Source of the DNA: an uncultured Gammaproteobacteria bacterium
Lineage (GTDB): Bacteria; Patescibacteriota; Patescibacteriia; Magasanikbacterales; UBA922
Reading direction: 5' to 3'
DNA: 32,282 nucleotides
NCBI GenBank assembly: GCA_964531615.1
Contig: CAZHEJ010000004.1
Span: 1-32,282 of the forward strand
The translations under genes were made by a program, and so were the position numbers. Shown here piece by piece: positions 23,712 through 30,189 of the stretch (positions are counted from its first letter, which is position 1; each line of letters opens with the position of its first letter). Under the pieces are notes generated by a model. It did not search any database, was not told the origin of the DNA, and was given only the letters and a program-made list of their open reading frames with translations.

Positions 23712-25007
23712 TCACGGCTTCAATCGATTAATTGTTCGTGGGAACGGAATGCATTCCCGTATATGTTCTGCGCCTGACATCCATCTTACCATTCTTTCCA
23801 GTCCAATGCCGAATCCGGAATGAGGAACTGAACCGTATTTGCGCAAGTCCAAATACCACTCATAATCTTTTTTATTCAAACCATCATGCTTAATTCTTTT
23901 CAAAAGCAAATCATAATCATCTTCCCTTTGCGAACCGCCGATTATTTCGCCCGCGTCTTCTATAGCGATTAAATCATCATTCAAAACCTGTTCTAGATTT
24001 TCCGGGTCTGTTTTCATGTAAAACGGCTTGATGTCTTTGGGCCATTTCTCAATAAATACCGGAACATCAGAATCTTTGGTCAAAAGACCCTCGTCGTCAT
24101 TGCCCAAATCTTCGCCGAATTTAATGTCAGAACCGAGCTTGTTTAATTTTTCAATTGCTTCTTTGTAAGTCAAACGATTAAATGGCTTGTCTAAAACTTT
24201 CTTCAACGGCTCTGGATTTCTTTCTAAAATAACAAATTCATTCTGGCAGTTTTCCAAGCATTTTTTAATGATAAATTTCACCAGCTCTTCTTGAATTTTC
24301 AAATTTTCATCATGTTCAACAAACGCGGCCTCTGCGTCCATCATCCAAAACTCGGTCAAATGCCTATTGATCTTTGATTTTTCCGCGCGGAATGTCGGGC
24401 CAAAATCATAGCAACGGCCGACTGAAGCAATTGCCGCTTCCAAATACAGCTGGCCTGATTGGGAAAGATAGGCAGTGCCCTCGTCAAAATATTCAACTGG
24501 AAAAAGAGTTGTTGTGCCTTCGCAGGCATTGGGAGTGAAAATCGGAGAATCAACTTTGATAAATCCATCCTGATGCAGATATTCGTTAATCGCGGAAATC
24601 ACTGTATCTCGTATCTTTAAAATTGCCCATTGCTTTTTTGAGCGCAGCCATAAATGGCGGTTGTCCATTAAAAACTCTGGTCCGTGCTCTTTTTTGCTTA
24701 TCGGATAATCTTCGGACAGTTGTATCAGCTTATAGCTTGTAGCTTGTAGCTCATAGATATCAGTCAATTTCGGATGCTTGCTAACTATTCCGCTTATTTC
24801 AACAGATGATTCCTGCGTGGCCTTTTCAATCTCCTGCCAAACCTGTTCTGATAATTCTTTTTTATTCGCCACTGCCTGCGCAAATCCAGACCCGTCGCGG
24901 ATTTCCAAAAAAGCGATAGAGCCGGACGAACGTTTATTGTTCAGCCAGCCTTTTATAACCACTTCTTTGCCAACGTATTGAGATAATTTGTTGATTTGTG
25001 TCTCCAT
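23712..25007 (-). CDS. asnS: Asparaginyl-tRNA synthetase
   Basis: VVIKGWLNNKRSSGSIAFLEIRDGSG, EDYPISKKEHGPEFLMDNRHLWLRS, FRAEKSKINRHLTEFWMMDAE, GFGIGLERMV. Confidence 0.95.
   Translation of the reverse strand: METQINKLSQYVGKEVVIKGWLNNKRSSGSIAFLEIRDGSGFAQAVANKKELSEQVWQEIEKATQESSVEISGIVSKHPKLTDIYELQATSYKLIQLSEDYPISKKEHGPEFLMDNRHLWLRSKKQWAILKIRDTVISAINEYLHQDGFIKVDSPIFTPNACEGTTTLFPVEYFDEGTAYLSQSGQLYLEAAIASVGRCYDFGPTFRAEKSKINRHLTEFWMMDAEAAFVEHDENLKIQEELVKFIIKKCLENCQNEFVILERNPEPLKKVLDKPFNRLTYKEAIEKLNKLGSDIKFGEDLGNDDEGLLTKDSDVPVFIEKWPKDIKPFYMKTDPENLEQVLNDDLIAIEDAGEIIGGSQREDDYDLLLKRIKHDGLNKKDYEWYLDLRKYGSVPHSGFGIGLERMVRWMSGAEHIRECIPFPRTINRLKP
24727..24756. repeat. 7-nt tandem array (coding strand AAGCTAC/AAGCTAT), in frame in asnS
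   Basis: Plus strand: agcttat agcttgt agcttgt agctcat ag. Coding strand: gagctac aagctac aagctat aagctga, translated YELQATSYKLI. Confidence 0.8.
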
Positions 25008-25030
25008 ATGTCCTATGTCTTATGTCAGAT
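25008..25030. repeat. 7-nt tandem array ATGTCYT x3 forming the asnS 5' leader
   Basis: atgtcct atgtctt atgtcag at, immediately upstream (minus sense) of the asnS ATG at 25005-25007. The minus strand gives ...AGGACAT-ATG. Confidence 0.7.
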
Positions 25031-25033
25031 ATT

Positions 25034-25681
25034 TTACTCTTTTCCGCTAAAATAGGCAAGATTGAACCAGTCAGCAACTTTCCCCTCCAAATTATAAACC
25101 AAAAATTTATAAATAAAATCATGCAATCTCTGATAATTTGAAATTTGAAATTTGAAATTTGAAATTTTCTGCCAATCATAGGAATTTAAAATCTCCAAAT
25201 CTTTCTTGATTTCCGCGCTGGGGATGTTGTCAGCATGAGTGATATTAAATCCTAAACAATTCAGCAATTTGACAACATAACTATCTAACATCAGCTGGTA
25301 GCTTATAGCTGATAGCTTATAGCTATTGACGAACTCCAACCAGCTCAAAGTGATAGCAAATAATCTTTCATCTTTTTCCCCTTCATGTAAAATCTTGTCT
25401 AAAAGCGAAACAATATATCCGGCGGACAAGCTTTTTTGCAAATCCCGGCGGATATTAGCAAAAATATTTTCTGGGACGACTTTTGTCAGATGGTCAATCT
25501 CCTTGCCTGGGATGATTTCTGCCTCCACCAAAGAAAACGGCTCCAGATGAGCCGAATTCTTGCTGGTAATTTTTTTCACTCCCCTCGCCAGCGCTTTTAT
25601 CTTCCCTTTTTCTTTTGTGTACAAAGAAATAATCTGGTCAAATTCTCTGTAGTCGCGACGAGAAAGAATAATACTTTGCAT
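25034..25681 (-). CDS. recO: DNA repair protein RecO
   Basis: MQSIILSRRDYREFDQIISLYTKEKGKIKALARGVKKITSKNSAHLEPFSLVEAEI is a RecO N-terminal OB fold. Contains two in-frame heptamer arrays. Confidence 0.85.
   Translation of the reverse strand: MQSIILSRRDYREFDQIISLYTKEKGKIKALARGVKKITSKNSAHLEPFSLVEAEIIPGKEIDHLTKVVPENIFANIRRDLQKSLSAGYIVSLLDKILHEGEKDERLFAITLSWLEFVNSYKLSAISYQLMLDSYVVKLLNCLGFNITHADNIPSAEIKKDLEILNSYDWQKISNFKFQISNYQRLHDFIYKFLVYNLEGKVADWFNLAYFSGKE
25136..25170. repeat. 7-nt tandem array (plus ATTTGAA, coding strand TTCAAAT) x4-5, in frame in recO
   Basis: atttgaa x4 then attttct, translated on the minus strand as KISNFKFQISNYQ. Confidence 0.8.
25293..25327. repeat. 7-nt tandem array of the AGCTNNT family x5, in frame in recO
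   Basis: Plus strand: agctggt agcttat agctgat agcttat agctatt. Coding strand: aatagct ataagct atcagct ataagct accagct, translated NSYKLSAISYQL. Confidence 0.8.
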
Positions 25682-25685
25682 AGTA

Positions 25686-26939
25686 TTAAAACTTATACAG
25701 AAAAGAGAAAAATAGCAACGCTACCGTCGCCACAATAATGCCTCCAACCGTAAGCCAAGAAATAACATTGCCAATCAGCTTGTTGGTGTGTTCGCCCATT
25801 ATCTGCTTGTCATTGATAATCTTCAAGACAAAAATCAAAATAATCGGCAGTAAGATGCCGTTTACATCCTGCGAAAAAATCATTATTTTTATCATTGATA
25901 AGCCGGGAATCAGAACCATAATCGCCGGAATTGCAATTGTGCCGAATATAATGCTGTAAAATATTTTTGCTTCGCTCCATTTTTTGTTAAACCCATAATC
26001 CCAGCCGAATGCCTCGCAAATGGCATAGGAAGTGGCAGTGGGAAGGATGAAAGCGCCCAGCATTGAGGCCACAAACAAGCCAAAGCTGAATAGAATCTGG
26101 GAAAAATGCCCTGCCAATGGCTGTAAGGCCAGAGCCGCATCCTTGACATCAGTAATCCGTATGCCTGATTTGTAAAGCGTATAGGCAGTGCTGATAATTA
26201 TGAAAAAACTTACTATGTTTGTTATAAAAGCGCCGATAAAAACTTCTGTTTTTTCAGCTCGGTAATGCCTGATATTCAATCCCTTGTCAACCACATAGGA
26301 CTGGATGAAAAACTGCCCCCAAGGCGTAATAGTCGTGCCGATAAGGGCTATCATAGCCAGAAGAAAAGGCGCGGATAATTCAAGCGTCGGATTAACCAAA
26401 GCTGACAAAGACTCGCCAAAATCCGGGTGAATAATAAAGCCATTGATTATATAAACCAGATAAAAAGCCGAGAAAACCAAAAAAATCCTCTGGGTTGTCT
26501 TGAACGAGCCCTTGTATAAAATCAGCCCGACCGCCAGCGCGCAAATCGGCACTGACCAATATTTTGAAATATTGCCGATTTCAAATGATGAAGCAATGCC
26601 GGCGAATTCAGCGGTGATGGTGCCGATATTTGCAACCAGCATTGTTATCATGGCAAACAAAGTCCATTTCACTCCGAATTTCTCCCGTATAATTCCCCCG
26701 AGCCCCTGCCGCGTTACCAGGCCGATTCTAACGCCCATTTCCTGCGTAATTGCCAAAGAAAAGGTAATTAAAAACAGCACCCAAAGCATTTTCAAGCCAA
26801 AATGCGCGCCGACGATTGAATAAGTGGAAATTCCGCCGGCGTCATTGTCAGCATTGGCCGCAATTATGCCGGGCCCGATGACGCTGAAGAAAAAAATTAT
26901 TCTCACCCACAAATTTCTTTTTTTATCTGTTTTTTCCAT
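25686..26939 (-). CDS. NRAMP/SLC11-fold transporter with a non-canonical metal-site signature
   Basis: 417 aa with about 11 TM segments. TM1 reads GPGIIAANADNDAGGISTYS (canonical DPGN appears as DAGG). TM6 reads IGTTITPWGQFF (canonical A..MPH appears as T..TPW). Confidence 0.85.
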   Translation of the reverse strand: MEKTDKKRNLWVRIIFFFSVIGPGIIAANADNDAGGISTYSIVGAHFGLKMLWVLFLITFSLAITQEMGVRIGLVTRQGLGGIIREKFGVKWTLFAMITMLVANIGTITAEFAGIASSFEIGNISKYWSVPICALAVGLILYKGSFKTTQRIFLVFSAFYLVYIINGFIIHPDFGESLSALVNPTLELSAPFLLAMIALIGTTITPWGQFFIQSYVVDKGLNIRHYRAEKTEVFIGAFITNIVSFFIIISTAYTLYKSGIRITDVKDAALALQPLAGHFSQILFSFGLFVASMLGAFILPTATSYAICEAFGWDYGFNKKWSEAKIFYSIIFGTIAIPAIMVLIPGLSMIKIMIFSQDVNGILLPIILIFVLKIINDKQIMGEHTNKLIGNVISWLTVGGIIVATVALLFFSFLYKF

Positions 26940-26945
26940 AACTGA

Positions 26946-28160
26946 TTACGCTTTAGGCACAAAACAGCGCATAATATCATCAACCGTAACAACCCCGAGC
27001 AGTTTGTTGTCTTTGTCAACAACTGAAACTGAAAGCAGATTGTATTTTGTCATAATTGACGCTATTTCAGTCAATTTGGTTTCAACTCTGATTGGCGGAA
27101 CATGGCTTATTCTTTTCATAAGATTCTTCATGGTTTCATCATTTGGATTAATGAGCAGCCTGCGCATTGATACCACGCCCTGAAAGCGATTGTTGCTGTC
27201 AACAATATAGATAAACTGTACTGAACGGTGCATATGAGAATGCTTCCTGATTTTTTCTATAACCTCCGAGACAGTGGATTCAGTCCCGGCAGTAATATAT
27301 TCAGTGCTCATCAAACCGCCGGCTTCGTCTTCTTCATATTCCAGTATTTTTTTCACGTTATTGATATCTTTGTTAAGCGGCAGGCCGTCAATCATTTTCT
27401 TGGCTTCCCGTCCGGGCAACAGCTGTATCAAATCTACCAGCTCATCAGTGGACATTTTTGACATAATATTGGCTGACCTGTCCACTCCCAAATGCTGGAC
27501 TAACAGCTTCTGTATTTCAGGCTGGATTTCTTCCAAGACTTTTGCGGCTGTAACTTCATCCAATGATTTCAACAGCAAACTGCCCTGGCGCAAATTTAAT
27601 TTTTCAATAACATTGGCAATATCAGCCGGGTGCATTTTAACCAGATGTTCCTTGCCGATTGCCAATTGTAATTTATCGCCAATCAACTGAACTTCTTTCC
27701 ATTCCATCAGATGCGGCTTAAATAAATGAAAAATCGGCTCTTTAATGCCAAGCCGCCGGAATAGCCCGAAAGTGGAAACATCAATTGCCAAAAGGCACAT
27801 TTTCCCCTGCAAAAGCCCGAATTGCAAATCATTCACTCTCACCACCTTGGCGCCGGTCAAATCAACAATCTGCCTGTCAATAATATGCTGGCACACAGGC
27901 AAAAATTCATGCTTTTGCGGCATAACGTCAGCAATCCGGTCCTTATTGACATTCAAAATAATGGCGTCAGAGCTCCAGCTGGAAACATTTTTTGAAGGTA
28001 TAAAGAAAACTTTTTTTGATTTTTTATCACACATTAAAATCCCTGCCACTGGCGGGTGGTTTTTCTGGTCAGACTCTATTAAAATGTCAGTTAAATTGCC
28101 GAGCAATTCGTCGTTCTTGTCATGAACGCGGTTATTTATAATGGTGCTGAAGTAAAACAT
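26946..28160 (-). CDS. Soluble PRC-barrel, MgtE_N-like and CBS-pair protein (MgtE cytosolic module without its TM domain)
   Basis: 404 aa with no hydrophobic helices. The N-terminus is PRC-like (LLGNLTDILIES...VAGILM; IVDLTGAKVVRVNDLQF). The helical region DELVDLIQLLPGREAKKMIDGL is MgtE_N-like. Two CBS motifs lie at the C-terminus (...FIYIVDSNNRFQGVVSMRRLL; LLSVSVVDKDNKLLGVVTVDDI). Confidence 0.75.
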   Translation of the reverse strand: MFYFSTIINNRVHDKNDELLGNLTDILIESDQKNHPPVAGILMCDKKSKKVFFIPSKNVSSWSSDAIILNVNKDRIADVMPQKHEFLPVCQHIIDRQIVDLTGAKVVRVNDLQFGLLQGKMCLLAIDVSTFGLFRRLGIKEPIFHLFKPHLMEWKEVQLIGDKLQLAIGKEHLVKMHPADIANVIEKLNLRQGSLLLKSLDEVTAAKVLEEIQPEIQKLLVQHLGVDRSANIMSKMSTDELVDLIQLLPGREAKKMIDGLPLNKDINNVKKILEYEEDEAGGLMSTEYITAGTESTVSEVIEKIRKHSHMHRSVQFIYIVDSNNRFQGVVSMRRLLINPNDETMKNLMKRISHVPPIRVETKLTEIASIMTKYNLLSVSVVDKDNKLLGVVTVDDIMRCFVPKA

Positions 28161-28168
28161 AATATCTT

Positions 28169-28194
28169 GTCATTCCGAGCGCAAGCGAGGAATC
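28169..28194. repeat. GTCATTCCGAGCG-CA-AGCGAGGAATC hairpin element (minimal copy)
   Basis: gtcattccgagcgcaagcgaggaatc, 8 nt upstream (minus sense) of the MgtE-like start. The stem ATTCC/GGAAT and GCG/CGC flanks a tandem G-A mismatch. Confidence 0.6.
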
Positions 28195-28257
28195 TTTCTT
28201 ACCTCAAACGCTCTTAAAAAAAGATTAATTAAATTAAAGTTAGTATTTCTTTATAAA

Positions 28258-28288
28258 AGATCCCTCGTCACTTCGTTCCTCGGGATTT
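28258..28288. repeat. Related hairpin element AGATCCCTCG...CCTCGGGATTT, overlapping the ruvX 3' end
   Basis: aagatccctcgtcacttcgttcctcgggattt. Its first 10 nt are a near reverse complement of cgaggaatct at 28186-28195. It supplies the last codons (KSRGTK-stop) of ruvX. Confidence 0.55.
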
Positions 28289-28663
28289 ACCCAACCAACT
28301 TTCCAAAATTAACATCGCCGCCTTCTCGTCCCTGCTAACTCCCCCGACCCCCAAGCGGTCTGCTTCGCGCGAGGTAAACCTCTCATCAATAAATATTACC
28401 TCTATGGGATTCAATTCCTGCAGTTTTTCCATAAATTCCCTTACTGACTTAGTATTTTCATTCTCTTCCCCGTTTAATCCAAGCGGAAGCCCGACTATAA
28501 TTTTTTTGATATTTTTATTTTTTATTATTTCAATTATTTTTTCTCTTTTAATTCTGTTATCGCTCCCGCTAATCTGCCCAGCAGGCAGGGCTATTTTCAA
28601 ATCAACGTCGGCAATCGCCAAACCAATTTTTTTCTTGCCATAGTCAATTGCTAAGATATTCAT
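28268..28663 (-). CDS. ruvX: Holliday-junction resolvase-like pre-16S rRNA nuclease YqgF/RuvX
   Basis: MNILAIDYGKKKIGLAIAD...IIVGLPLGLNGEENE...ERFTSREA. Confidence 0.85.
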   Translation of the reverse strand: MNILAIDYGKKKIGLAIADVDLKIALPAGQISGSDNRIKREKIIEIIKNKNIKKIIVGLPLGLNGEENENTKSVREFMEKLQELNPIEVIFIDERFTSREADRLGVGGVSRDEKAAMLILESWLGKSRGTK

Positions 28664-29451
28664 ACTAATTTCTCATTGGGCCGGCGCGTGGCAACTATAA
28701 TGCCATTTTCAGCCACGACGACTGTGTGTTCAAAATGCGCGCATAAGCTGCTGTCGGCTGTTTTGATGGTCCAGCCGTCCGCGACCGTGGCAATGCGGTA
28801 ATCACCCATGGTTATCATTGGCTCAATGGCAATCACCACTCCGGGCTGGATTTTCCAGCTTTCCAATTTTTTGTCATAATAATTAGGCACCCTCGGCTCT
28901 TCATGTATGCCATGGCCCACGCCGTGTCCGACTAAATCGCGCACAATGCCGTAATTTCCCTGCGATTTTACATAATCCTCAATCGCCCGGCCGATGTCAG
29001 CAATTGTTCCGTTGATTTTCACTGCTTTAATTCCAACTTCCAAGGCTTTTTTTGTTACAGCAAGCAATTTCAATGTTTTTTCAGGCACTTTGCCGATCGG
29101 AACTGTAATTGATGTATCTGTAAAATACCCTCTCCAAGCCATGCCAATATCTATACTAAAAACATCCCCCTCTTTCAAAACTTTCTCCTTGCTGGCAATC
29201 CCATGAACTAATTCATCATTGATTGAAGCGCAGATTGTGTTTGGGAACGGCTTTTCTGTTTTTTTGCCCTGATACCCTTTAAAAGCAGGCTGGCCGCCGG
29301 CTTTTTTAATAAGTTTTTCCGCTTTTTTGTCAATTTCCCACGTTGAAACTCCCGGCTTTGCCATTTTTGCCAGCTTTTCCAAAATCTCGCCCAAAATCTT
29401 TCCCCCTTGTTTAATTTTCTCCATTTCCTCCGGGGTTTTGGTGTAGGACAT
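28660..29451 (-). CDS. map: Methionine aminopeptidase type I
   Basis: FKGYQG...CASINDELVHGI...GDVFSIDIG...GHGVGHGIHEEP...IAIEPM...AHFEHTV. Confidence 0.95.
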   Translation of the reverse strand: MSYTKTPEEMEKIKQGGKILGEILEKLAKMAKPGVSTWEIDKKAEKLIKKAGGQPAFKGYQGKKTEKPFPNTICASINDELVHGIASKEKVLKEGDVFSIDIGMAWRGYFTDTSITVPIGKVPEKTLKLLAVTKKALEVGIKAVKINGTIADIGRAIEDYVKSQGNYGIVRDLVGHGVGHGIHEEPRVPNYYDKKLESWKIQPGVVIAIEPMITMGDYRIATVADGWTIKTADSSLCAHFEHTVVVAENGIIVATRRPNEKLV

Positions 29452-29452
29452 A
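29432..29452. repeat. 21-bp direct repeat, copy A (the real start of map)
   Basis: ggggttttggtgtaggacata is identical to 30150-30170. The minus strand reads tATGTCCTACACCAAAACCCC. Confidence 0.85.
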
Positions 29453-29463
29453 TAAAAACTCTC

Positions 29464-30024
29464 TTAATTGCTAAAAACAAATGGTTCTAACTCTTTTTTA
29501 ATTAACAATCGTGAAGAGCTGGAAGCTGCTGTCAAAGCGGTTGATGGCTTAAAAGAAAAACCAATATACTCGACTTCTTTGCCTAAATGACGCACTTTTT
29601 TAATAGCTGGAATTAAATCCGTATCCGAAGAAATCAAAATGGCAACATCATAAATATTATCATAAGCGCCAACCAATAAATCCACAGCCAGCTTCACATC
29701 CACACCTTTTTCATGGTAAGTGTTGTTATTATTGATAATATAACCTCTCTTAATGACAAAATTCTGCTTGAGCGATATCAAATGTGCAAACAGTTTTTGT
29801 TGTTCACGCCTTAACTCCTGGCCTTTTTCATTCCCCTCTTCTGCCCTGACTATTCCAATGTAATAACGGCAGGAAATAATATTACAGCCCCGCGCCAGCC
29901 ATTCGGCCAAACCGCGAAAATTAAAATTAGTTAAATTTCCAATATTCAAATCGGGCGATTTCATTTTATGATAAAAATTGCTGCCGTCAATATAAACTGC
30001 CACTCTCTTAAGAGCATCGCCCAT
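29464..30024 (-). CDS. NYN-domain (LabA-like) putative RNase
   Basis: Start moved to MGDALKRVAVYIDGSNFYH, because the longer ORF runs through a terminator hairpin. Motifs EKGVDVKLAVDLL and ILISSDTDLIPAIKKV. Confidence 0.8.
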   Translation of the reverse strand: MGDALKRVAVYIDGSNFYHKMKSPDLNIGNLTNFNFRGLAEWLARGCNIISCRYYIGIVRAEEGNEKGQELRREQQKLFAHLISLKQNFVIKRGYIINNNNTYHEKGVDVKLAVDLLVGAYDNIYDVAILISSDTDLIPAIKKVRHLGKEVEYIGFSFKPSTALTAASSSSRLLIKKELEPFVFSN

Positions 30025-30035
30025 ATTTTTGCTTA

Positions 30036-30085
30036 AAAATAAAAAACCCGCCGTATGGCCTTGCGGCCATAGAACGGGTGTTTTT
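30036..30085. terminator. Bidirectional rho-independent terminator-like hairpin (downstream of adk, upstream of NYN)
   Basis: aaaaaa-ACCCGccgTATGGCC-ttgc-GGCCATAgaaCGGGT-gttttt. On the minus strand the stem is followed by TTTTTTATTTTT. Confidence 0.65.
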
Positions 30086-30095
30086 AACTGTTTTA

Positions 30096-30142
30096 AGTAT
30101 AACAAATCCACAAGCGCTTGTCAAGGATAGCGCTCTGTGGAT
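30096..30142 (-). promoter_or_regulatory. Sigma70-like promoter with an inverted repeat bracketing the -35
   Basis: Minus strand: TTGACA (30119-30124), 17 nt, TATACT (30096-30101). Inverted repeat: atccacaagcgct (30106-30118) and agcgctctgtggat (30129-30142). The upstream arm extends into a perfect DnaA-box 9-mer, TGTGGATAA (30137-30145). Confidence 0.5.
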
Positions 30143-30149
30143 AAATTTA

Positions 30150-30170
30150 GGGGTTTTGGTGTAGGACATA
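30150..30170. repeat. 21-bp direct repeat, copy B (orphan duplicate of the map start next to adk)
   Basis: Identical to 29432-29452. Lies 19 nt downstream (minus sense) of the adk stop. Confidence 0.85.
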
Positions 30171-30189
30171 AAAACAAATTTTCAACTTT

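Noticed and set aside
28161-28267. Mg2+ (M-box) or Mn2+ (yybP-ykoY) riboswitch upstream of the MgtE-like/NRAMP pair
   Set aside because: The leader is about 100 nt, mostly AT-rich and occupied by the GTCATTCC repeat hairpins. It is too short and lacks the conserved multi-helix cores of those riboswitch classes as far as I can judge by eye.
30104-30145. DnaA boxes suggesting oriC near parAB/adk
   Set aside because: There is only one perfect 9-mer (TGTGGATAA) plus one 7/9 partner, with no cluster, no AT-rich 13-mer unwinding element and no dnaA/dnaN nearby. A single perfect 9-mer in 32 kb of two strands is not improbable by chance.
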